A DNA stretch of 64,000 bases from Psammoneis japonica. Taxonomy: Eukaryota. Positions 1 to 10,977 of the stretch are shown one piece after another; positions within the stretch are counted from its first letter, which is position 1; each line of letters opens with the position of its first letter. The position numbers were made by a program, and so were the translations under genes. Where the stretch lies: positions 124,001 through 188,000 of the forward strand of contig QPGO01000140.1 in NCBI GenBank assembly GCA_008632985.1, in the 5' to 3' direction. Under the pieces are notes generated by a model that worked only from the letters and a program-made list of their open reading frames with translations, ran no database searches and was not told where the DNA came from.

Positions 1-1638
1 CAAGAGGACACCGTTCTGGAGAGGTTCACGCCGCACGAGAAACAAATGCTCTCCACCCCGGCGCAGTTCCTGGCGGCAAATGAAAGTCCGTCCGCGTTGG
101 CCCGTGTGGTCCAATCGACCGAGGATGGGTTGAGGCAAGCCGGGGAAGTGCCAGCCGACTTTGGCGACAAAGCTGGCAGGCGATTCCACGCTGCGGAGTC
201 TATGATTGAGATTCTAAGCCGGAAGCTGGATCAACTCGACGCGTCTCTCGGGGAACTGACCCAGGGGTTTGATGAGGCGCCACTCGCCCCTGCTCTTTGG
301 GGTGCGCTGGCGAGCGTTGCATCCCGGGAAACCGGAACCCAATCTCCGGACCCAGTCGAGCATGTCACACAAGTGGAGACGGGTTGGCGAAACCAATCCA
401 ACAATCTGGTGAGAACTTTCAACGAGAAGTTCCAACACATGCAAGATCGGATGGGATTGACGGCCAGCCGCACTGAGCTGGAAAACATGAAGAACAACAT
501 GCTTCGTGTTTGTACGCAGCTCACCTCAAAGGTCAGGTCGATCGAGTCCCAGTTCGGTTCGGGGTTTGCACCTCCCGGCGCTTCATTCGATCAAGGCTCC
601 GTGGAAGCATGCCTCATGTGCCTGGACCGCGCTGTGAGTGAGTTGCGTGCAAAGTCAGACAAGTCTGCCATTGAGTTCTCGGGGGTTGGCGTGTCATCCT
701 ACGAGGAGTGTCAAGCTTGGATGACACAGCATTTCCCCTCGAGGGCATGCGGGTGCTTGGCTGACATCGTCTTGCTCTTGGACCGGATCAAGGGGATCGA
801 GCCCACCGCTCTGCATCACTTTTTATCTCAGTGGGCCAAGCGAATGAGTGTGAATGTCGCCACCGAGGAAGACGCGCGAACTCTGGCGGGCTTCCAATGT
901 CGCATGCCTCGGATCTTCGACTCAGGATCTGCGAAGTCGTCTCAGACCTTGGGTTTGCACCCCTCTTACTTGGATAAAATCGAGACCCACGAACACTGGT
1001 CTTCGGGCAATGTCGGAACCAAGCACTTCATCGAGGGGAAGATCGCCGCAACAGAGAGCGACATTGTGGAAGACATCAACCAACGCATCAGACCGGGAAC
1101 ATTTGAAAGTCAGGTAGTCCGGGACGCATTGTCAAAATCGGTGGCATTTCTTTGGGCGCTAATTCAGTTTATGGACTCTACTTGTGCATCACTCACCGAC
1201 CTGAGCAAGTTCTCCAAGAAGCAAGCGTGGTCCTTGACTGCCAAATTGACTCACCGCATTTTCGAGGACATCCACAAGGCGCGCTCCGGGGTTTTTACCT
1301 CCATTTCTGGGACGGACCCAGATGCAGTGTGCAGCAAGATTTTGTGGGCGGTGTTTCGGACCCACGACATTGTGGCAGAGTGCACGTCGCTAGGATTTGC
1401 CGACCACCCTTCTGTGGCATCAGAATGCGTCAAGTTTCTGGCTACAAACTCAGGATTCGAGGTGGCAACGGATTTGCAATCTTCGGCACTGACACTAACA
1501 GAGAAAGCCAAGAATGCTAGCTCAGAGGCGAAGTCAGCCCAGGCCCGAGGCGACTCGGCGCACGTCGAGCTGGGCAAATTGCGAACGGAGATTAAGGACC
1601 TGACTCGTCGGCTTAAGGCTCTGGAGAGCAAGAAGTGA
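1..1638 (+). CDS. Gag-like ORF1 of the YR retrotransposon, possibly 5'-truncated by the window edge
   Basis: 530-aa ORF from 46 whose frame is open back to base 1; coiled-coil-like ends; first ORF of the element; Tyr-poor and Cys-rich. Confidence 0.6.
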   Translation, partial: QEDTVLERFTPHEKQMLSTPAQFLAANESPSALARVVQSTEDGLRQAGEVPADFGDKAGRRFHAAESMIEILSRKLDQLDASLGELTQGFDEAPLAPALWGALASVASRETGTQSPDPVEHVTQVETGWRNQSNNLVRTFNEKFQHMQDRMGLTASRTELENMKNNMLRVCTQLTSKVRSIESQFGSGFAPPGASFDQGSVEACLMCLDRAVSELRAKSDKSAIEFSGVGVSSYEECQAWMTQHFPSRACGCLADIVLLLDRIKGIEPTALHHFLSQWAKRMSVNVATEEDARTLAGFQCRMPRIFDSGSAKSSQTLGLHPSYLDKIETHEHWSSGNVGTKHFIEGKIAATESDIVEDINQRIRPGTFESQVVRDALSKSVAFLWALIQFMDSTCASLTDLSKFSKKQAWSLTAKLTHRIFEDIHKARSGVFTSISGTDPDAVCSKILWAVFRTHDIVAECTSLGFADHPSVASECVKFLATNSGFEVATDLQSSALTLTEKAKNASSEAKSAQARGDSAHVELGKLRTEIKDLTRRLKALESKK

Positions 1639-1710
1639 AATTCATGGGGAACGGAGGATGCAGGGGAGCACCAGGTCTCGTTCGACAGGCCAAATGACCT
1701 AAGGCACATC

Positions 1711-2931
1711 ATGCGGGGCAGAAAAGCCTTCTGTTTTCAGGGAGCTTGCTTGATTCTTGCCTCCGGTCCCCCAATCTGGCTCTTGTCATTGCGACCAAGG
1801 GAATGGCCTGCCATTTGTTGCTGCTGCGACGACATCACCAGGTCCCACTGGGGTTCTCTGTTGGCGGAACTGTTCCAGAACCAGCTGAACGCCTCCTTGG
1901 CACGGGTCTCGTGGGCAAGTGTGGAACAACTGGCCAGGCGGGTTGATGTTGCATTCGTGTCGGGCCCACCCTCGTTCCTTGAGTCCGCAGCTCATGCAAT
2001 GCGGACGGGATCTTTGATTGTGATCCCTGTGGGAGCAGTTTCGCGGCGCAGTCTTCTGGGTTTACACCAGTCACAGCGGCGGGACATTGCACATGCGGTG
2101 GTGGGCGGTGTCACTTCCTTTCGGACTGCACTGTTCTGGCGGGGGGTTCCTACGCCGGTCTTTGATGGAGGCCTGCGATGGTCCATTGGGCACATCATCG
2201 ACTGTGAGCCACCCGGGTCGCCATTGCCACAACACCCGAGTGGGGAATTTTACAATGAGGGCGACCATCTCAACCCACAGTTTTTGACCCGACCAGTCGT
2301 GCACCCATCGCATCGGTCGCCGACAGGTTGGGTCACCCGTGCACTGTCTGTGGATGAGATGTTGGCGGCTTGGGATTTTCCCCTGCGTTTCCGAACGCCT
2401 CAGGTGCATCGGGCTTTCGAGCGGGGATTTCCTCTTGTTCCGTTGAATCTTCTTACACTTTTTGTGGAGGCGTTTGTTGATCACACGCCCCGGGATTCGT
2501 TGCAACCTGGGGGCGTGGTGTGTGACAACACGGAGGTCGGGGTCCCGGTCCGCCCAGCTGGAACGTGGCTGCTGACTCTCAGGCACCATTTACCCCACAC
2601 TTGGATCGACGTGTCCCTCATGACGGCGAAAGCTGCAAAGGGGGATGCAGCGGCCCCTCCTTTCCGGTTGTGGGATGGGAGGATCACTTTGCTTTTCCCG
2701 GGATTTGGCAAGGTTTTGCCAGCCCTTCGGGACTTGGCGCACCTGTGGTGGCGGCGAAGGACCCTTCAGTCCTTTCCAGGCTATCTGCGCCGGGAATGTG
2801 GTCCGACTTGGGTCGCCATGCTGGTGATGCAATGCCGGCGTTTTGGGGACGCTGCCGGGCGTCTTCAGGGGGGGGGTTTGCTGCCACCCTCCACTCCCAC
2901 CCTTGCTTCTAGACGCACACCTTGGGGCTGA
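1711..2931 (+). pseudogene. N-terminal pol region (ORF2) of the YR element, possibly a degenerate C5-cytosine methyltransferase-like domain
   Basis: 406-aa ORF; RALSVDEMLAAWDFP resembles DNMT motif IX; frame shifts at the poly-G near 2868-2877 towards RT. Confidence 0.4.
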
Positions 2932-5598
2932 GGTGTTGGCGCAAGTGTTGGACAGCTCCTGGTGGAGTTGGGACCGAGGTTCTTCTCTTTTATTCTGGCG
3001 GTGGCCCACTCCGGAACAGCGGGTGGGGGCTCGAGATGGGATCCAGATGTTTGTCAAAGGCCCACTCCCTCGCAATCGCTGACGGCAGAGAATCCGGGGG
3101 TCTGAGCACGAGATTCTTAGGATGGTGGACAAGATGCAAAAGGTCCGAGACCAAGGTCACATCCATCGTGGGAGGGTGGTTAGTCCAACCGATTATTTTT
3201 GGGTCCCAAAAACCGTCCGTGTGGAACCCCAGAATGGTTGTTTGGTGGAAATCGTTGAAGACGTGCAAATGGTTTATAACGAGACCTCTTCGGGGTTAAA
3301 TGATGCCCTCTGGGCACCCTCTTTTTTCTTGCCCACTCCTGCGTCGGTTTTGGGGTGCATGACTCATGCTGCCTTTTCCGTGGATCTCGACCCAGGCGAC
3401 ATGTTTTTGAACTTCTTCATGGATCCCAACATTCGACCACATGCGGGGATCGACTTGACGCCTCTCAAACCATGTCTCGCATCCCAGGAGTCGACCTCGA
3501 CGGGCACGCTCTGGTTCGAGCGTTGGAACCATCTGTTTGTGGGGATGCGGCCCAGCCCTCACTTGGCGGTGCGGGCATTTTATTGGGCCGATGAGATTGC
3601 CAGAGGCGATCCGAACCGAGTCTCCAATGTCATGGGATGCGACAAGCTGCTCCTAAACTTGCCAGGGGATCCCAACTTCCAGACGGAGAAACCATTTGTG
3701 ATGAAGTGGAGTTCTCGACACAAGGAAATTGCTGGCGACATTAAAACATTTGTTGATGACTTGCGCGGAATGGGGGCTAGTGAGGAATCCACTTGGCAAG
3801 TTGCTCACCAAATGGCCTCACGGTTGCAGCATCTTGGACTGCAGAATGCTGCCCGGAAGGTGCGCCCCCCCCTCGCAGGTTGAGACCGGAGCCTGGGCTG
3901 GCGCCATTTTCCGAGTTATCGATGGGGATGTTACCCAGTCAGTTTCCCAGGCCAAACAGGATAAAGCCAAGGGGATCATCGCAGAACTGCTGGGTTTTTA
4001 CGCCAGGCATCCGGCGGGCTTCCTTCCCACATTTGACTTTAAGGATCTGGAGTGGAAGAGGGGGTTTCTAGTCCACCTTGCGATGACTTGCCCCTTTCTA
4101 ACACCATTCCTTAAAGGAATCCATTTGACCCTCGACTCCTGGCGACCAAATCGAAAGAAGGATGGTTGGGCGATGACTGCGAAAGAGTTCGCAAGCTGGA
4201 TTCACCACCTTGCTGAGAAGCAGGGCCTTGACCCGTCAGAGGTTGCTGAGGGTCTGAGGGATCAACCCCCCCCCTCCGCAGGTCACGGCGGTCCCATGTT
4301 TGTTCATGGATTTGACTGCTGTGTCCCGCGTCACGGAGTCTCCGACCCCTTCCACGGTTGTCATCAGGTCCTCAAAGATCGTCACTGTCCTCTGTGGCTT
4401 TGGTGATGCATCTGGAAAAGGCCTTGGGACCTCCCTGGAAGCAGCGGACGGAACCATTGTCTTTCGGATCGGTGTGTGGGGCGATGATGAACTGGGGAAC
4501 TCCTCCAACTGGAAAGAGCTGTCCAACACGGTGGATGCCATCCAAGAACTTGGGGAGCAGGGGGAATTGACCGGCGCGTGTTTGTTCTTTTTTACGGACA
4601 ACTCAGTTGCTGAAATGGCTTGGCACAAGGGCACCTCGTCCAGCCCTCTGCTGCTTGAGCAGGTCATTCGCTTGAAAACTTTGGAGGCCAAGCATGGGAT
4701 TAGGCCATGTCTCACACATGTCTCGGGGGGACGGATGACAGCTCAGGGTGCGGACTGAGTTTCTAGGGGAGTCTTGACCGAGGGTGTCATGAACGGAGCC
4801 AAGATGCTTTCGTTTGTCCCTCTCCATCTCGGAGCCACATTTCGGTCGGCTGCTCTCTTTGCGTGGGTTCAATCTTGGGCTGGAACTCCAGCTCCGGAAC
4901 TGCTGACCCCCTTGGATTGGCATCAGAAGGGTCATGACATTGCGGGGTGGAGCTGCCCAGCCTACGAAGCTGTCGAAATGCCCCGTTTCAGATCGGGCAC
5001 TTGGGTCTGGGCCCCACCTCCAGCCGCGGCGAGAGCGGCCCTAGAAGAGCTCCGGATCGCAAGGATCAAGCGCCAGACTTCGTTCCATGTGTTCATCTGC
5101 CCACGTTTAATGACTCCGGAGTGGCAGAAACAGTTGCACAAGGCGGCGGACCTGGTGTTTGCCACCCCGGCTGGATCAAGGCCATTCTGGCCAGGTGACA
5201 TGTTCGAGCCCTTGCCAATTGGCCTTCTTTTTCCGTTTGTCTCCTGCAGCCCTTGGCAGCTTCGGGGAACCCCAAAAATGCATGCAATGGAGCGGTCCCT
5301 GCATCGAGTGTGGCCGGATGCTGCGGTGGACGAAAGGAATGTTTTGCGCAAATTTTGTGCACAGTGTGGGAATCTGGCCGGCATGTCGGAAGGCATGGTG
5401 TCCAGGGTGCTGCACTTCGAGAGAAAGCGTGACTTTCCATCTGGGGGGGACTCTGGAGGACGACCCTCAAAACGACAACGCGCAATCTCTCGGGGGGGAC
5501 CGCCCAAGGCTGGACGACAATGCTTGGCACCGGAAGCCTCAAGACAAAAACAAGTTTGTACGGGCTCGCGCAGGGGATCATCTTGTGGTTGCCTTTGA
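2880..5598 (+). pseudogene. Reverse transcriptase, RNase H and MT-like C-terminal domain, frameshifted
   Basis: RT motifs DLDPGDMFLNF, GMRPSP and TFVDDL; RNase H motifs FGDASG, SSNWKEL, FTDNSV and AD*VSRG; WVWAPPP segment; frameshifts at poly-C near 3865 and 4267; TGA at 4756. Confidence 0.85.
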
Positions 5599-6817
5599 GT
5601 GTGACACCTGTGCATTTCACAAGCTTTGCCAGAGGGAGGCATTGCCTTCATCACCTCGAGACGAGGTCACTCTGGCATGTGTTCGAAGAGTGATTTTGGA
5701 CGCGTTTTGGAGCAGGGAATCGACAACAGTCGAAGCAAATGCGTCGAGAGTTGGGAGGGGCCTGGCCTTGTCTGAGCGTCTGGGCCTAACGGGGCCTTGC
5801 CTCGAGCCGGGTCCTCTCCCGCCCTGTGATCACTGTGGCTGTGAAGTCGCCATGCAGATCGTCTTAGCTTCAACGGCGGCGGGAAAACACTCGGAATCGT
5901 ACACTCAGTTTGACACGATCCGAAAATTGCGCACTGCTCACTCCAACCAGGTGCGCGCATTGGCGGAGGCTAATTCGCGAGCTTCAGCATTGGGGGATTT
6001 GGAAGGCAAACAGCATCTGCGCACATGCGAAGACCCGTGTGCTTCTCTGTGGTTCCAGCGATTCATGACCGGATGCAAAAGACGGATGGGCCAAGACTGG
6101 AGGCCTGACAGAGCGACATCGGTCGACGTCATGCAACATCTGTTGCCTCGGGTCGAGGAGAGGGCCCTCCGAGCCCCAGGAGAGGCGGAGAGATTTGTTT
6201 GCCTTGCACGCGGATTGCACTTTGTGGCCAGTTACGTCTTGTCTCTTCGAGGTCCCGAAGGCCCACTTATGGACTTGGGGGCTCTTGTCAGACACCTCCC
6301 AAGACATGCGGATTGTGTTGTCGTCCCTCTTTTGGGCCGAGTCAAGGGAGAGCATGGGGAGCGGCAGCACCTCCTCCCCAGTGTCAACGTCACCAGCTCA
6401 GGTGTCAACCTTCGTTTTTGGGTCGAAACGGCAGTCTCATTACACTGGGATCATCGGCGCACGCGTGGACCAGCGATGTCAAATGTGGCGGGAGAGGTCT
6501 CATCTACGAAAGAGCTCAACGTTTTCTTGCATGAAGTCTTGGGAGACATTTATGAGGACCACCCAAGCCCATTCGCAGCGGACATCACCTCGTTCTCTGA
6601 CACACAGGACAAGTGTGATGTGAGTCGTTCGTTCAGACGGGGTTTGGACTCGCGTGCCATTGCTCAGAAGGTGTCAGAAGATGACATTGACGTTGTCAAC
6701 CGTTGGAAGAAGAAGGAAAGATCAGGTGCGGCACGACCCATGCACAAAATGCGCCAGCACCATGCCAACATTGCCCTTCTTTTGCCATCATTCCTGCGTT
6801 GTGCTGAGGCCATGTGA
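5159..6817 (+). CDS. Tyrosine recombinase of the element, probably inactive because the catalytic Tyr reads His
   Basis: LSLRGPEG (first Arg box), SRSFRRG (H-x-x-R box position), RW, and MRQHHA where the nucleophilic Tyr is expected; overlaps pol in another frame as in DIRS/Ngaro. True start is uncertain. Confidence 0.85.
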   Translation: MPPRLDQGHSGQVTCSSPCQLAFFFRLSPAALGSFGEPQKCMQWSGPCIECGRMLRWTKGMFCANFVHSVGIWPACRKAWCPGCCTSRESVTFHLGGTLEDDPQNDNAQSLGGDRPRLDDNAWHRKPQDKNKFVRARAGDHLVVAFECDTCAFHKLCQREALPSSPRDEVTLACVRRVILDAFWSRESTTVEANASRVGRGLALSERLGLTGPCLEPGPLPPCDHCGCEVAMQIVLASTAAGKHSESYTQFDTIRKLRTAHSNQVRALAEANSRASALGDLEGKQHLRTCEDPCASLWFQRFMTGCKRRMGQDWRPDRATSVDVMQHLLPRVEERALRAPGEAERFVCLARGLHFVASYVLSLRGPEGPLMDLGALVRHLPRHADCVVVPLLGRVKGEHGERQHLLPSVNVTSSGVNLRFWVETAVSLHWDHRRTRGPAMSNVAGEVSSTKELNVFLHEVLGDIYEDHPSPFAADITSFSDTQDKCDVSRSFRRGLDSRAIAQKVSEDDIDVVNRWKKKERSGAARPMHKMRQHHANIALLLPSFLRCAEAM

Positions 6818-6931
6818 CTCGGGACGGTCACGAGCCCTTGGCAACGTCAGGTCCCCGGAGAACAGTCTTCCAGCTTCCTGCTCTCCAGATCGATGTTTTT
6901 GGTGGCCACTGCCCAGGATTCTCATCGGGGG

Positions 6932-8807
6932 GGGATCAGAGCTCGACCCATCTTATTCGGCCTCGGGAGTCGACAAGACGAGGTCTAGGATTACAATGCA
7001 GCACAACACCTTCGACGGCTTCGGTTTTCATGCGGGAAAACTTGGTCTGGCGTGTCTTCGTTCGAGGTGCTCACTTTACTCCCCAGTTGCTGCCCAACGT
7101 CGCGAAATGCCAAAGGGTGTGCTGCTGGGGTTGGCTCTCGAAAACGCCCGAGGTGCCAGTGCTCCGTTGAATTTCCGGAAGAGCCCCTGTGCTGGTGCAG
7201 GACCCTGCGGAGGGTTTGGGTTTCTCCCACCCCCCCTTGCACGGAGTAGAGCTTATGCCGAATGCTCTGCTCCATGAGTCTCCTAAGTGTCGTGAGGTTT
7301 TGTCACTTCTCAGTGGTTCTTGACTAGGATCAATTGAGATCTAGTCCGAAGCGGTCATTTGCTGAGTCAATGCTCGGATCCTCCTCGTGCCCAAGTTTAG
7401 ATGGAGACGGACTGACTCAAACCGACCTCGCTCGATGACTGCGACCTCTCGCTGGATCTGCGACGGAAGCAGGGTGCTTCCGACTCAAGATGACTCGGTC
7501 TAGTCTTCTGACTGTGACCGGTCAAACTTCGGTTTTCTTTTCTCTCACTTTTCCAGCTTTGTTGGAACAGGAACCCTGATCATCGTGACTGGATCACTCA
7601 AGCTCGGAAAAGCATTCTTCTTTTTACCCACCCACCACACCCTGGGATTGGAGCTCGACCCGTCTTGTTCGGCCTCGGGAGTCGATGAGACGAGGTCCAG
7701 GATCACAACGCAGCACAACACCTTCGACGGCTTTGGTTTTCGTACGGGAAAACTTGGTCTGGCGTGTCTTCGTTCGAGGTGCTCACTTTGCTCCCCAGTC
7801 ACTGCCCAACGTCGAGAAATGCCGAAGGGTGTGCTGCTGGGGGTTGGCTCTCGAAAACGCCCGAGGTGCTGGTGCTCCGTTGAATTTCCGGAAGAGCCCC
7901 TGCACTGGTGCAGGACCCTGCGGAGGGTTTGGGTTTCTCCCACCCCCCCTTGTACGGAGTGGAGCTTGTGCCGAATGCTCTGCTCCATGAGTCTCCCAAG
8001 TGTCACAAGGTTTTGTCACTTCTTGGTGGTTCTTGACTAGGATCAATTGAGATCTAGTCCGAAGCGGTCGTTTGCTGTGTCAACACTCGGATCCTCCTCG
8101 CACCCAAGTTTAGATGGAGACGGACTGACTCAAACTGACCTCGCTCGATGACTGTGACCTCTCGCTGGATCCGCGACGGAAGCAGGGCACTTCCGACTCA
8201 AGATGACTCGGTCTAGTCTTCTGACTGTGACCGGTCAAACTTCAGTTTTCTTTTCTCTCACTTTTCCAGCTTTGTTGGAACAGGAACCCTGATCATCGTG
8301 ACTGGATCACTCAAGCTCGGAAAAGCATTCTTCTTTTTACCCACCCACCACACCCTGGGATCAGAGCTCGACCCGTCTTGTTTGGCCTCGGGAGTTGATG
8401 AGACGAGGTCTAGGATTACAATGCAGCACAACACCTTCGACGGCTTCGGTTTTCGCGCGGGAAAACTTGGTCTGGTGTGTCTTAGTTCGAGGTGCTCACT
8501 TTGCTCCCCAGTCACTGCCCAACGTCGCGAAATGCCGAAGGGTGTGCTGCTGGGGGTTGGCTCTCGAAAATGCCCGAGGTGCTGGTGCTCCGTTGAATTT
8601 CCGGAAGAGCCCCTGTGCTGGTGCAGGACCCTGCGGAGGGTTTGGGTTTCTCCCACCCCCCCTTGTACGGAGCAGAGCTTACACCGAATGCTCTGCTCTG
8701 TGAGTCTCCCAAGTGTCACAAGGTTTTGTTGCTTCTCAGCAGTTCTTGACTAGGATCAATTGAGATCTAGTCCAAAGCGGTCATTTGCTGAGTCAATGCT
8801 CGGATCC
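6932..8807 (+). repeat. Tandem 712-713-bp direct repeat, about 2.6 copies: B 6932-7381, A 7382-7643, B 7644-8094, A 8095-8356, B 8357-8807
   Basis: GAGCTCGACC at 6939, 7651 and 8364; the copies are collinear and highly similar; the last copy ends at CGGATCC 8807. Confidence 0.95.
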
Positions 8808-9894
8808 ATGGTCATTTTCAATTTGTCTTTGCACGTCAGCACGTCCATCCATCCAACTCAGTTTGCGCAGCAGAAAGCTGACACCTGATCAGAGTGCACT
8901 CAAGGACCGAGTGCGTCATGGCCATGATGAAGATGCCAATGGACAGCAAAAAATCCTTGCTGACTTGGGGTGGGCTGTCTCTGTCTCTGCAGATGGTTCT
9001 TCACAAACTTCTTTTGTTTTGTTTGCAAGCATGCATTTCACAGCTCTCTTTGCGAGCACTTTTCTTTCAAGGCCAGCTTTGGCTCTGGGTGACACGGAAA
9101 TGTGTGCAAAACCTGTCAAATGGGCCATCCCCCACTTCAGCTTGAGCACCTCTTTTCTTCAATTTTGGGTTTTTTTAATTGTGAGGAGGCAAGTGTGCAC
9201 AAGACGCACCAGCAGAGGCTGGTGTGCACCAAGCGCCAAAAATCTCTGCACACACCACATTTCAGTCTTTTCTGAATGTGTGAGAAGCCATCGCTCTAAC
9301 TTTCCTCATCCACAAGTCACTCAAACAAGTTGTTGGCCAACAACCAATGGTGGGGGGCATGAATGCACACACATGTGCGGAGTGATGTCAGCTGCGCCAG
9401 CACTCCAGCACAGAGACTCTGACTTGGTGACACTGAGGAGCAGCAGCACAACAACAAACAATGGTTTGGGCGAGAAGAGATTCTTGCAGTGCAGTGACAG
9501 CTCACTCTGCTGTTGTTTCTGCGGTGTGTTTGCAATGTTTTCAGTGTCCAGGCAGCCACATGGCCAGCAACCACATGTTGTGTGCCAGGCCATGCCAGAG
9601 AGGTGCACAAATCGTCTGTTGTCACACGCGCAGGATTCCTGTGACATACGCGAATTATGCGCGCGAGCCAACGACACAGAAGCTCCGTTCTCATGGCGGG
9701 AAGATCACAAAAAAGATCGAAAAATCGAATAGCAGGTATAGAGATCACCCTCATTCATCTCCTTCCTCCTGCCCTAGCGTTCGACGTTCGACGTGTATCG
9801 AGGCATCGAATTCTTATGGCAATGATCAGCAGCGGCCTGGTCGGATTCCTCGCTCTGAACATTTCACTTCTTGGAAAGATCGCTTAGCTTCAGG

Positions 9895-10547
9895 ATGTCT
9901 GATCAGCAACGGGTAAGTTTCATTTGATCCCGATCCATGTACGATGACGTATATCTCACGGTATCTGTGTTCTGCATCGCTAACAGTACGAGCTATTGAA
10001 CAAGACACCCGGTTATGGGTCAGTTGAAGTTGGCAGCGACGATGAAAGTGGTGATAGTTCTGACGGCGGTGATGGCTTCAACGAAGGTGCCATTGATGGA
10101 GAAACTAGCTTTCGGTTTGCAAAGAGCGGCATGCTCAAGACCAACATTATGACGTCAAGACGAATTGCCTCGGCGCCGGCATCCGTCAAGTCTCCTCAAG
10201 ACGAGCTCAAGGTTGTTCCGAGTTTGCTTACTGATAATGTGACGCTTGTGACAGACGAAAACATGGGCTCCTGCGCAAAGGGAAATCTGTACTACGCCGA
10301 AAAGGCGTTCTACAACAAGTCGCATCCACCCGAGTATGCTTTGACGGTCAATCCCTGCATTTACCAAGCCATTTTGGAGGAAGTTTACACGGCAGAAGCA
10401 GTCCCGTGTGGATTGTACTTTTGTTGCCATGGTGGAGATGGAGCCCACACTGGTATCTCGCAGAATGATTACGTGGACATCACGTTGGCATGGACGCTAC
10501 TCTTTCTGGTATTTGGAGCAATGGGAATCGTGGCGTTGCTACCTTGA
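9895..10547 (+). CDS. Hypothetical protein with a C-terminal transmembrane helix; two exons
   Basis: ATG at 9895; GTAAGT donor at 9913; CTAACAG acceptor ending 9986 joins in frame (MSDQQR|YELLNK); hydrophobic C-terminus; normal TpA content. Confidence 0.7.
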
Positions 10548-10977
10548 TGATTCAATGTTGATGCACATTTGTCATAGGTTCATGAATGTATGTAGTAATC
10601 TGGTATTATCACGCATCCCTCTATTGCTGCGAAACTTGTTGCGGCTCACCGCTCACAGGATGCACGCACCCATGCAGTGTGATCGATAGCTCACTTATTG
10701 CAATGATGGATTTGACTTTCCAACGTAGTTACTTCCATCCCCACCTTTTCATTTTTTTAGTCTCTGAGGTCAAAAGCAAACGACATTGCGGCATGGAGAA
10801 CCAAATCTCCAATGAGGATCATCGCATAGCCTCACCAATGAATCCTGTTCTTGTCCTAATGATTCCAATATTTTTTAGAGTTTCTATTCCATTTAGTCCA
10901 AGCTTTCAAATAGCGACGAGATCTTTCAACTACCGTACTCACACAATCGAGCAAAAAGCCAGGCTTGGTAGTGTGTT

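Larger units (their letters stand above)
1..8807 (+). mobile_element. DIRS-order tyrosine-recombinase retrotransposon (Ngaro/PAT-like, split direct repeats); 5' end lies upstream of the window
   Basis: Overlapping gag-like, RT, RNase H and YR ORFs followed by 3' direct repeats arranged B-A-B-A-B (6932-8807); no DDE integrase. Confidence 0.88.

Noticed and set aside
6932..8807. CRISPR array, satellite or tandem small genes
   Set aside because: The units are 713 bp with no spacers and match the terminal repeat layout of a YR retrotransposon.
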